Below are positions 36,993-49,555 of a stretch of 64,000 nt of DNA, piece after piece. Source of the DNA: Eledone cirrhosa. Its lineage: Eukaryota. Positions within the stretch are counted from its first letter, which is position 1. Each line of letters begins with the position of its first letter. Made by a program: the position numbers and the translations under genes. The notes below the pieces were generated by a model that worked only from the letters and a program-made list of their open reading frames with translations, did no database searches and had not been told where the DNA came from. The stretch covers positions 4,774,001-4,838,000 of the forward strand of contig OZ024746.1 of assembly GCA_964016885.1 (NCBI GenBank), read 5' to 3'.

Positions 36993-37926
36993 TATAAAAA
37001 ATACCATAAATTAACAGTAAAAAATGTCCATGGTTGAAGCAGACATCGTATTGAGATTAGATGACTTAGGAAGAAGTGGTTACATGAAATCTGATAACAC
37101 TGGTACTCTTGGGATGAGATGAAGCATAATAATGACAGAGGTGTGTTTCAATCTTATCCAATCTATGCCAATATGGAGAACCAGACATTAAAATGCTAGA
37201 GATAAGATAATAATTATAAACCCATGTCCTAGAAGAGTGAAAATTATTTTTTACTTATTCACAAAACCTAAAAGTGTGAAAAATTATTTTTTGCTTATTC
37301 ACAAAACCTAAAAGCTTGCAACATTTTATGACTATACCTATCAGTTACAGATCACTATACACATCAGACAATGGCCTAAATTATATGGGAGATAGTGGCA
37401 AAGTTCTATTACAATTAACAATGACAAGATACTACTGAACCACTGGCCAAGTTGTAATGAATGTCTAGTCTGGCTGAAAATAGCTACCAGTTCCTGTTTA
37501 CAGTTCAGTAAAAAGGCATCTCGGTGTGGTGAAACAATGCTTCATAAAAACAGTAATTTATACACAACTGTTGTTGTTGTAGCTGTTCAGCCCTGTGTCA
37601 ACTCTGATTAAACAGATGTTTGATCATTCCAGCTGTAACCAGTTTTGTCAGGAAGTATGTATCTAGGATCATATCCAATCTGTTATCCTCCTTTTAAGAC
37701 AGTAGGGTTTGATAGAAAGGTTTGGCTACTATTTCAAGCAGGTTGAGGGACCATTCATATCTAACTCATGCTAACATTAAAATAAAAGACAATGTTTTGT
37801 TAATGTAATAGAAGTAAAACAAAAGTTATAATCTACTATCAACTTTACTATGAGCTAATATAAGATCCAATATGGAATAGGAGAGAGTGGTATTCATTAA
37901 TTCATAGTTTTATATCTCAAGTTTAA

Positions 37927-38147
37927 CCCTTTAGCATTCACATTACTCTATATATACTATTGTATTTTCACAGAAAAGGCTTTACCTCACATAATTATCT
38001 CACATAATATCAGATCTATGAGATTATGATATTATTTATTTTGAGAACAATACCTTAAAGTCAGTTTGAGGGGCCAGTTATGGCTGGTTTGAAGAGAAAG
38101 AGCTGAGAAAATTCTGGCCGGATATGGCTGGTTTAAATGCTAGAGGG
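37927..38147 (-). mobile_element. MITE family C
   Basis: Family homology. Confidence 0.85.
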
Positions 38148-38159
38148 CTAAAGCATGTC

Positions 38160-38420
38160 TTAAGCCAGAAGGCTCGTCAGGCTGGTGCTGATCCTGGTTT
38201 TATGGTGTGAAGCAACTGAGAGTACGAAACTCCCACCTGGACAGGACGCCAGTCCATTGCATGGTTTAACTCCCAGCTATTGCTGGTACTCATTTTCAGC
38301 TGAGTATACTGGAGCAATGTGAAATGAAATGTTTTGCTCAAGAACACAAGACGCAACCCAGCCCAGGAATTGAACCTTATGATCGTAAGTCCAACACCCT
38401 TACCACTAGGCCACGCGCCT
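38160..38420 (-). mobile_element. SINE family E
   Basis: Reverse complement has GGCGCGTGGCCTAGTGG A box, GGTTCAATTCC B box, TTCTTGAGCAAAACA and ATGGACTGGCGTCCTGTCCAGG. Confidence 0.8.
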
Positions 38421-38497
38421 AGTTTTAAATACTTACCCCAAATACTAAGTCTACATTAAGTTAAGTAACCATTGAAATACTATAAAGGTCAAATATA

Positions 38498-38700
38498 GAG
38501 ATAAAGACATCTGGAGGTGGAGGAGGAATAGAGACATCTGGAGGTGGAGGGGGAGAGAGAGACATCTGGAGGTGGAGGGGGGATAGAGACATCTGGAGGT
38601 GGAGGGCGGATAGAGACATCTGGAGGGGGAGATAGAGACATCTGGAGGGGGAGATAGAGACATCTGGAGGTAGAGATAGAAACATCTGGAGGTGGAGGAG
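38498..38700. repeat. Tandem of about 21-27 bp, GATAGAGACATCTGGAGG(TGGAGGG)
   Basis: Visible tandem units. Confidence 0.85.
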
Positions 38701-40228
38701 AGAGGAAAGATAGAGATTAGCAGGTGAAGTAAAAGACAGAAGGGAGACCAGAATCAGAAAGGAGGGAGAGGGCAGTTAGAAACAGAGGATGTCCATGAAG
38801 GTGAATTTTCTTTGATTTTTCTACCTCGCCATCTTTGAAGTATATTTGTGATGATGATCAATTCATATCTTCTATATAGATGTAGCAGGGCTGGACATTA
38901 AATGATGGTAATTTATGGGGGAACACAGAGGACATATTACATAGTTACATACATACACACACAGTCACACACATACATATCTTAACCCAATACATAACCT
39001 GTTGATATTTGATATATTTCACTATAATTAATGCTAGGTTCATGAATGTATTAAGTATCAGGTGTAATATAATCACAACACAAGCTGCCTTAGATATTAC
39101 TAGAGAAAGAGGAGAAAATATTTTTGATATACTAACCTCAAATATAAATCTCTCTGCATGCATGGTCCTGTAACCCCTAACGGAGTTATAGAAGTGCCGT
39201 ATTGACATATGGCATTTCTAGGGCATTTTTTTAAAACCTGGAGGATCCTAATATCTCCAGATCTGAATTTCTTCCAGAGAAGGATGAAAGTTGACATTCT
39301 AACAACTCTGTCAATTCACCGCCTCCCCATATATATAGTCAAAGATATTATTAAAGCCACTGCTTCAATCATCGATATCTTCAATAGCAAACAGTATTAG
39401 AAAGGACTATAAATGCCATAATTGTGAGGAAAAGGAGAGGAAGAGCAAGGACTACTAGACAAAGGAGGGAAGAGGAGAGGGTGACAGACTTTACACCAAG
39501 GTCAGAGCAGTGTTTCGGCTGCACCCCCATGGACAGAATGGCAAAGGCATTTCCACAGACAATAGCCACTCCTTCTAGCAGGGCTCCTTCCTCAGATGGG
39601 CTGCAATCAATCCAATTTTATGGCGGAAGTCTATATCACACTTTACATTTCAGAATGCACACAACCTTCACTATTTCATAAACTGCAACTATAATATTTC
39701 TGAATTCACTAACCACATTGTTTCTTAAACTATAACTATATCACAACTTCTATTTCAGAATGTAATGCCTGCAATTACATTGATCTCCCCCCCCCCCCCA
39801 GTTTTCTCATATATCTAACTATTGTAACTCACATTAGGCTATTGTAATTCAAGGCTAAACATTACACACAGTCTGTCATTTAAACACCAGTCATTTCTAC
39901 CCATGCTATGTATTCCCACATCACACTACCTCCAAATGTTTCAAATTCCAAAATAACTAAACCCATCTCACTCATCCCTCAGTTTTTTTGCTATGAGCAG
40001 CCCCCTCCATACCCATAACCTATAGACAATAATGACAGTGAAACAAAGACATGATGTGTTTAAACTATATAAACTTTAAGGCTATATATACATATATCAT
40101 TATCATCATCATCATCATCTTACGTCCGCTACACAAATACATATATATACATGCATATATATGTATGTCTAACCCATGCTATCATGGAAAATGGACATTA
40201 AACGATGATGATAATGATATATATATAT

Positions 40229-40434
40229 ATATTTATTAAAATAACAGATTAAAGTTTAAGCAAAGAATCGCTGCTTTCACCCTTAACGGGATCTTCTGGG
40301 TGAAAGCAGCGATTCTTTGCTTAAACTTTAATCTGTTATTTTAATAAATATTTGCTCTACGGTTCTGATATATTTGATATATATTTATCCTTATTGAGCC
40401 CTCTTTGGATTTTAGTCTTCAAATTTATTATTAT

Positions 40435-40440
<6 letters not shown>
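40229..40440. mobile_element. Penelope-like remnant forming a palindrome with 54-bp arms, inside (TA)n
   Basis: Arms 40229-40282 and 40298-40351 with a 15-nt loop. Confidence 0.7.
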
Positions 40441-40493
<53 letters not shown>

Positions 40494-41419
40494 AAAGGAG
40501 GTAAGTGAAGAAGAATACTGGATTTTCATAACGGGTCAAAATTTGTCTGGGGTTATTGTGAAAAACAGAATGATACATAAATATTGTGTGTGAGACAGAG
40601 TTATTTAAGATGTCACAGTAAGGAGAAATTTGATATTAGAATAGCATGTTCCATACAAATAAAACAGAGCCGTTTCTCATAGCACTGTTACAAGACATGT
40701 GTACATACATTTAAGATGGTTAAAATAAAGGACTTGTTAAGGATAAAATTTCATAAAATTCAACACCATGACTCAATGCATATATACTTATTGTATAACT
40801 CTTACAAACCGTGTTCTCTCTCTCTCGTGTGAAATAAATGTCAATTAAAATCATTACTAAAAAAAAAATAATAAAATCAAACAAAGCTGTCCAAAAGGCA
40901 AAGTTAATTGAAATTCTTGTCTGATTAATATATTTTTTACTGTGTCTATAATACTACAAATGGCGCCTTGATCTGGTTCTCTGCTCTCTATTGTATGTCA
41001 TACGACAAGAAGGCTAGTATGTCCTCCTTAATATGTTGGGAGTGTGATTTACCAACAAACTAGAATAGAAGTTTAGTTGAAATCATTTCATTGAAATAAT
41101 TGTAAAACCACTATTTGTAGAACACTTTAACAAAGATTATTCTGATTGGCAAATACTTTCTATTGAATGAACCATATCGATGATTGTTAATATTAAAATT
41201 AACTGATTTGTATCATTGAACCAGAAGTGATTGAAAAAGACTCTGCCCAATCAGAACTGACTTCGGTCAAAAAAGGTGTCCAAAACGTAGATATTAAAAT
41301 TCTATTGTAAATAAGTACTGTAATTTATAGAGACTAATTATAGTTTTGGTCACTACTCTATTTAGCAACTATTACAGGAGTGTACTACTATTTTCACACC
41401 ATTAATGTATATAAGATAT

Positions 41420-41612
41420 AGAGGTTTAGTGAATTGGCAGTATCGGTAGAGGGTCGGACGCCATGCTTTGACGCATAGAGTTACGGCCCTTGCCATTCTG
41501 AGTTCAAATCCCGCCGAGGTTAACTTTGCCTTTCATCCTTACAGGGTCGATAAAATAAAGTACCAGTAATACACTGGGAAATAGCTGGCCTTGTGCCAAA
41601 AGTAGAAACAAT
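41420..41612 (+). mobile_element. SINE family A with 19-bp TSD
   Basis: ATTAATGTATATAAGATAT at 41401-41419 and 41611-41629. Confidence 0.9.
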
Positions 41613-42246
41613 TAATGTATATAAGATATTAGGAAATAAAAGCTACCAAAAAGTCCTACGTCATAATTCTGGCTAAAATAAGATAATATGAACACAAGAA
41701 CATATTTATTTAGTAAACCAAACCTGTTACATAGACCTGACCAACAAGTTAGTTTAACTACTTTACATCTCTAAACATTTGTCCATCACCTCTTCAAACT
41801 ATATAAGGTATTAAGGTTTTTAAGCCAATCCTTTCGAAAATGTCTTCCATTTAGCATATCACACAACTTCATTTGATGATAGCTAACTAAAATTATCAAG
41901 AAAGTTGAGTTGATTAAAAATTAAATGAATATCCTTACAATTTTAGATTTCTTCTTCCTAAAAGCTATTCAGATCTTGGAATTTAAACTGTGTCAACTAA
42001 TTCTACTCTTGAATTTTAAACAACCTAATATGGTGAAAAACTTTTTTTTTTTCATTAGATAAAGCATAGTGAAAGCAACACTAATCTGTTGCCAGCATGT
42101 AACAGCTATCATAAAACATCCATCATATAAGAATGTAACACAATCTTACAGAGTTTCCAGAGAATCATTCATCAGTAAGACCTGGAAATGAGCTTGATTA
42201 GTTTAGATAACTTAAATATAGCACATGACTATAAATTCAACCTTAA

Positions 42247-42470
42247 CCCTTTAGTTACCAACATGGCTCTGGTTCTAAGAAATAAAACCACCCATTTTAA
42301 AGGTTTCCAATTCAAATAAAAAACCTTCCAACATAATTTTATATAAAAACTTTACCATTAAGTTACTATTTTATTAATGAAATAATTAATAATTTTAGTA
42401 AATCCCTGGAAATCCTTCATTAATTAATTAAAATTAATTGTATTTCATTATAAATGTTGTCATGAAAAGG
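42247..42470 (+). mobile_element. MITE family D
   Basis: TTAA TSDs and family homology. Confidence 0.8.
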
Positions 42471-44431
42471 TTAAATGTCTACAAAATAAACAAACATAAA
42501 GGGATTCAAAGAGAATATGATTCAACGCTTTCTTGACCTTATAAGGACATACACTGCTGATGTGTTGCAATTTATTTTGAATCAATAATTTGGAGGAGTT
42601 TAGTAAAATAACTAACTTCTTTAGTTGAGAGTTTGGAAACATTCTTACATAAAATGTTTAGGTTTCAAACTGGGTGGGTTTTTTTAGATTGAGATAGTCT
42701 TAGGCAGGTGTCAAAACAAGGTATCTATTAAGGAGATTTTTATTTTCTAAATTGGGAACAATCTAAGGATTAACCTAGAAATAGTGACAATAGTAAAAAG
42801 TTCAGTACCCCTGTAGTTGGGCTTTAATCCTATTGTTACCATATTAGGCACTGCTAATGATTTTCAAATAACTTTAAAAATAATCAATAATTTTGGAGAA
42901 TTTAGTAATAAATTAATGTTTTTATTATTAAGCTGGTGGTTTCATTATCAAGGGCACATAACTTATAGGGTTCTAACACCAATAACTAAGATTCACTGAC
43001 AAGTTATTTCCTTCAAACTATGCCATTAACTCTTGAAGATAACTGTTGTTTTTATTGTTTTGTAGGAAACAAGTTTAATTAAACTTTTGATTACTTCTGA
43101 ATAATTCTTGACACAAAAGTAACATTTGGAATATTAATTAATTCTAAAAGTGTCAATCATTTAAAAGAGTTATAAATTCATTAAACACTGGTACAATTTA
43201 GAAAAGATTCAACTCTTTATTCAATTAATCTGATTAGACTAATTAATTTCATTAGACTATTTTTGTTCTTTCATTTCTTCCTAATGTCTTGAAGACTTTG
43301 GAATATAATGAAAATTCCAACAAGATCTGATGACCATAGATTATTTTGTTTATACATAAAAATCAATCATAGTTAATTTATTTGTATCTTCTGAATAATG
43401 AAAGATAAAAATTTGGCTTCAACAGGTTTTGAGCCTCAAACATCATCATCATTTAACGTCTATTTGTCTTTCTATCAAGGGGTTGGTAAACAGCAAATTA
43501 TGTAATAAATTAAATTGGGCAAACTTTATTCAAGTGAAACCATCTATTTACTCACATCAAGCTTTGCAATCATCACATGTGAATTTGATGATCATGGCTG
43601 GAATGTCGTTGACCTAAGCCCTACATACACATTATGCATATCATCATCATTAAACATCCATTTTCCATGCTAGCATGGGTTAGACGAACTGTCCTGTTGA
43701 GAGACAAGCCAAGTCAGATGGCCATGTTTTGTTCACAGAGAACTGATTTTGGTTTGGTTTCTATAGCTGGATGCTCTTCCTAATGCCAACCACATTTACA
43801 GTGAGTGCTGGGTATATATATATATATATATACACACACAAGTATTTAATGCTGAACCAGCTCATGTACATGTATACAGAGTGTGTCTTTAAATCAAGTA
43901 CAATTCTTTGTGTCAATTCACTTAGCTACAGCAATTACATTAGAGATCTGAGAATGGAAGCTAAGTCAGATCTAGGAAGAGATTTATTTCTTGTTTGTTG
44001 AACAATGAATTCAGGGCTTAACCATAAGCTTTATGGAACCTTGTTATTCATGGAGGTCTTTAACAAGTTAACATGGGTCAGAGAACTTTACAAATTCAGG
44101 TATTTCAATTCATTGTTAAAATAACTATTTCAAAGGCCAGTTGTTTCTAATCTTAAATTTATGTGAAATGATTGTAAAATTATGGAGGAGGTGGGATATT
44201 GATGTGGAGGGTTGTGGGGTAGAAACATTTGGTTTAAATTAGTCTTGCCTTTATCAGCAATATTGCCTACTTCATATTTCAGGTTAACAGGTCAATCTAC
44301 TCAATATCTACTTACCTGATTGTAATTAACTTATCCTCTTACACCTTTTTATATCGAACCACCTCTGGTTGTATGATACAGAGATTTTTCTTAAATCTTC
44401 CATCATAACTTTCTGTAAGAACCTTTATTAA

Positions 44432-44661
44432 CCCTTTAGTTACCAACCCCACCAAAACCATCTCTGGTTCTATGCAATAAAGTCACCCATTTTAAAGATT
44501 TCCAATTTAAATTAAATCTTCCAATATAAATTTATATAAGAAACTTACATTAAGTTACTATCTTAGTAAATAAATGAAATAATTAATAATTTTAGAAATC
44601 CCTCAGAATTCTTGATTAATTAAAATAGAGTGTATTTCATAGGAAATAGTGTCTTGGAAGC
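44432..44661 (+). mobile_element. MITE family D
   Basis: Family homology. Confidence 0.75.
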
Positions 44662-45089
44662 TTAATATTGAATTCACCGTGCCAATAATTCTTCCAGTCA
44701 TTAACCAGGAAAATAAGAACAATATTAGAATTAGAGCAATACAATGTTTAACCACCAAAACTAAAAACAAAAAAAAATTATGTGATCTATCACTTCAATA
44801 CTACTTACATTCAGGTCCCAAATAATAGGATGGGGGTTGGAATAAGAGTGTGTGTGGGTGGTCGTGGTGGTGGGGGTAATAAACAGGGGGGGGGGGCATT
44901 ATTCAAGACCTGAGAGTAGATAGATAACAGACATGAAGTTTCATACCCACAATCCACTGAATACCAACCAAGGGAAAACTGACATCAGTATTTAATTCAT
45001 AGTAGTTAAATTCAGTTTACTACTTTGACTCTAAACTCCGCCAGTTGCAGACTGCGCCTCAAAATGAGATATTTTTCTCCACAAAGTTC

Positions 45090-45430
45090 GATCACCAACA
45101 GCAGAGATCAAGTCCAGTCCATAAGTTGACTTTATCTAGTCACCATTTTGTCTGCTGGCCTCTGCTTCTCTTACCAGTCAACCTTCCTCTCAGACATAAC
45201 CTACTCACACCACTAGCTGATCTTTTTAATATGAGAATTTGAGTACTCTTGACTTGACAATTGGTGTAATTGGTCTAAGTCTGGTAATGTTGAGCAGCTC
45301 ACTGATACAGATATGGTCGCTGAGCCACTTGCCAGTCATAAGTCTCATGATGTGGTTCTGGAATATAGAGAGCTTCTGAAGTGACCTTGTCATCCAATTA
45401 ACACAGTCAAGACCATATAACACAACTGGT
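45090..45430 (-). mobile_element. Decayed RTE-like LINE C-terminal fragment
   Basis: VLYGLDC...LQKLSIFQNHIMRLMTG...IVKSRVLKF...GKRSRGQQTKW. Confidence 0.7.
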
Positions 45431-45758
45431 AGTTTACTACAGTTTAACTCTTTACATCCAATAATGATTTAGCGGGAAAAGGTGATGAGCCTGTGATAAA
45501 CAGGCAAAACTCGAGAGTAATAAGACTAACTTTTAGCCTTAATATAATTAATATTAAAACTCTACTTTGGTATTGAGTACTCCTTTCTCTCAGCTGTCAG
45601 CCACATACAGATTATACAGATTATATATATATTTGTGGTAAAGTTGCTAGGATGCGTCCATAGGTGATATGCCAGTTGAGAACTCTATGCTCCTACGGAG
45701 CAGAGTATGATAATATGTAAAACGAAGAATCAGTGATGCATCAGAACACAAATTTATT

Positions 45759-45851
45759 ACGTATTACAAATGTTTCTCCGGTGAACAGCTCGAGGTGCGA
45801 TCTGTTTGTGGATCGAACCCGACTCTGGATTCGCAAGTTCCTCAGCTATGT
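45759..45851 (-). ncRNA. Candidate Penelope-type minimal hammerhead with extended stem II
   Basis: CUGAGGA, then an imperfect hairpin of about 60 nt, then GAAAC-AUUU-GUA, followed by AAUAAA. Confidence 0.5.
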
Positions 45852-46717
45852 CTAGTGACTTCGAAGCAAATCCTCATTTTCTCTCTAGAGAGAGAGAGAT
45901 ACATGTATGTGTGTGTGTGTATATATATATATATATGAATAAAGTTAGTCCTTCATCAGTGATCTTCCAACCATCATTGGTATTTCATCGCTTTAAAGAC
46001 CATATACCTCCGGTTGGTGCGAGCAACGGCTAAAAAAAGTCGTTGGGACATGTAAATAAAGGGGACACGAGAGTGTAAACAAACAAAGATGATGAAGCAA
46101 CGAAAAGTGAGGAAGAACGAGTCAAGTCCCAAATTTCCATGAATATAAGTTCGGTGAAATCGTGAACGAGAGAGAATAAATGCACATACACATACATACA
46201 AACAGGCATATTATAATTATTCCAGTTTTTAAAAAGTAAAACTACCATCTATAATAAATTATGAACCGAACCCTTAATCAGAAGTGTTGGCTTCATATAA
46301 CAAATTACATCCACTATTCTCTATGTTCTATTTCACAATTTGTTCTCTGTAAAAAATGAAATTATCACCAAATTAGTTTTTGTTCTTATACAAACATTTA
46401 TCGAAGCACTACATACTTAATAAATTGTCTTATCTCATGTTAATATAGTTTTATCTCTCAGTAACAATTTAGAAAATATTTTTAAAATGCTGTCCTTCTC
46501 TATCATAATATTAATTCTTAACATCCTGAAATGATTTTTTTCTTAATCCAAATGTTTATAGTATCTTTACTAGTGGATATATCATTATGAACATTTGCAG
46601 GGAACTAAAGTAAAAACTTTAATTTTTAACATGATGCAGTCAGTGTTTTATATTGCTATTGGAGTTTCATGTGTTACAGGACTTTAAGGGTTGAAAAAGA
46701 AATCATTAGCATAATTA

Positions 46718-47090
46718 AGGATTGGCAGTATCGGTAGAGGGTCGGACGCCATGCTTTGCAGCATAGTTACGTCCCTTTACGAGCTGAGTTCAAATCCCAC
46801 TGAGGTTAACTTTGCCTTTCCTCCTTACGGGGTCGATAAAATAAAGTACCAGTAATGCACTGGGATAATTGCTGGCCTTGTGCCAAAAAGTAGAAACAAT
46901 TATTATAATTAATTGTTTCTACTTTTGGCACAAGGCCAGCAATTATCCCAGTGCATTACTGGTACTTTATTTTATCAACCCCGTAAGGATGAAAAGCAAA
47001 GTTAACCTCAGCGGGATTTGAACTCAGAACGCAAAGGGCCATAACTCTGTGCTTTAAAGTATGTAGTCCGACGCTCTACCGATACTGCCA
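46718..47090. mobile_element. Tail-to-tail inverted pair of SINE A copies
   Basis: Plus copy about 46718-46901 and minus copy about 46910-47090. Confidence 0.9.
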
Positions 47091-47449
47091 GAAAGAAATC
47101 ATTATTTAGGGAAATTTATTTGTTTCAGTCTTAGTAGACCTCCTCAGAAAAGTATAGTCTGACACATGACATAGATCTTAGAATGACGTCTATAGTTTTT
47201 GTGTAAAGATTATTCACTAATTAGACATTTTAAAAAAACAACAAAAAACTTTTCAGGTGGGTCTTCTACATGAAAAATATATACTTAAGTGTGGGTTAAT
47301 ATACTTAATGCAATATGATAAAAAGAAGTTTTGTCACTTGACTGCACATTTTTCAAACAGAAGATGCCCTATGGAATTTTTCTCAATCTGCTGAAATGAT
47401 ACTGCAAACAACTTCTCAACATCACTCCCATTTCATGCTAAAATAGTCT

Positions 47450-49555
47450 AAAGTCTTATAAGAGAGAGTATTTGTATAAAGTCTTATAAGAGAGTATTTG
47501 TATAAAGTCTTATAAGAGAGTATTTGTATAAAGTCCTATAAGAGAGTATTTGTATAAAGTCTTATAAGAGAGAGTACTTGTATAGTCTTATAAGAGAGAG
47601 TATTTGTATAAAGTCTTATAAGAGAGTATTTGTATAAAGTCTTATAAGAGAGAGTATTTGTATAAAGTCTTATAAGAGAGTATTTGTATAAAGTCTTATA
47701 AGAGAGAGTATTTGTATAAAGTCTTATAAGAGAGAGTACTTGTATAAAGTCTTATAAGAGAGTATTTGTATAAAGTCTTATAAGAGAGTATTTGTATAAA
47801 GTCTTATAAGAAAGAGTATTTGTATAAAGTCTTATAAGAGAGAGTATTTGTATAAAGTCTTATAAGAGAGAGTACTTGTATAAAGTCTTATAAGAGAGAG
47901 TATTTGTATAAAGTCTTATAAGAGAGTATTTGTATAAAGTCTTATAAGAGAGAGTATTTGTATAAAGTCTTATAAGAGAGAGTATTTGTATAAAGTCTTA
48001 TAAGAGAGTATTTGTATAAAGTCTTATAAGAGAGAGTATTTGTATAAAGTCTTATAAGAGAGAGTATTTGTATAAAGTCTTATAAGAGAGAGTATTTGTA
48101 TAAAGTCCTATAAGAGAGTATTTGTATAAAGTCTTATAAGAGAGAGTACTTGTATAAAGTCTTATAAGAGAGAGTATTTGTATAAAGTCTTATAAGAGAG
48201 AGTACTTGTATAAAGTCCTATAAGAGAGTATTTGTATAAAGTCCTATAAGAGAGTATTTGTATAAAGTCCTATAAGAGAGTATTTGTATAAAGTCTTATA
48301 AGAGAGAGTACTTGTATAAAGTCTTATAAGAGAGAGTATTTGTATAAAGTTTTATAAGAGAGAGTACTTGTATAAAGTCTTATAAGAAAGAGTATTTGTA
48401 TAAAGTCTTATAAGAGAGAGTACTTGTATAGTCTTATAAGAGAGTATACTTGTATAAAGTCTTATAAGAGAGTATTTGTATAAAGTCTTATAAGAGAGAG
48501 TACTTGTATAGTCTTATAAGAGAGTATTTGTATAAAGTCTTATAAGAGAGTATTTGTATAAAGTCTTATAAGAGAGAGTACTTGTATAAAGTCTTATAAG
48601 AGAGAGTATTTGTATAAATTCTTATAAGAGAGAGTACTTGTATAAAGTCCTATAAGAGAGTATTTGTATAAAGTCCTATAAGAGAGTATTTGTATAAAGT
48701 CTTATAAGAGAGAGTACTTGTATAAAGTCTTATAAGAGAGAGTATTTGTATAAAGTCTTATAAGAGAGTATTTGTATAAAGTCTTATAAGAGAGAGTACT
48801 TGTATAAAGTCTTATAAGAGAGTATTTGTATAAAGTCTTATAAGAGAGAGTACTTGTATAAAGTCTTATAAGAGAGAGTATTTGTATAAAGTCTTATAAG
48901 AGAGTATTTGTATAAAGTCTTATAAGAGAGAGTACTTGTATAAAGTCTTATAAGAGAGAGTATTTGTATAAAGTCTTATAAGAGAGAGTATTTGTATTAT
49001 ATCTTATAAGAGAGAGTACTTGTATAAAGTCTTATAAGAGAGAGTATTTGTATAAAGTCTTATAAGAGAGAGTATTTGTATAAAGTCTTATAAGAGAGAG
49101 TATTTGTATAAAGTCTTATAAGAGAGTATTGGTATAAAGTCTTATAAGAGAGAGTACTTGTATAAAGTCTTATAAGAGAGAGTATTTGTATAAAGTCTTA
49201 TAAGAGAGAGTATTTGTATAAAGTCTTATAAGAGAGAGTATTTGTATAAAGTCTTATAAGAGAGAGTATTTGTCTAAAGTCTTATAAGAGAGAGTATTTG
49301 TATAAAGTCTTATAAGAGAGAGTATTTGTATAAAGTCTTATAAGAGAGAGTATTTGTCTAAAGTCTTATAAGAGAGAGTATTTGTATAAAGTCTTATAAG
49401 AGAGAGTATTTGTATAAAGTCTTATAAGAGAGAGTATTTGTATTATGTCTTATAAGAGAGAGTACTTGTATAAAGTCTTATAAAGAGAGTATTTGTATAA
49501 AGTCTTATAAGAGAGAGTATTTGTATAAAGTCTAAGAGAGTATTTGTATAAAGTT
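47450..49555. repeat. 26/28-bp minisatellite, about 75-80 copies
   Basis: Unit AAGTCTTATAAGAGAG(AG)TA(T/C)TTGTATA. Confidence 0.97.

Noticed and set aside
38431-38510. Candidate laminin signal-peptide exon (hydrophobic MSLSLYLTFIVFQWLL near a GTAAGT)
   Set aside because: In-frame stop before the donor, and the ATG lies within a tandem repeat
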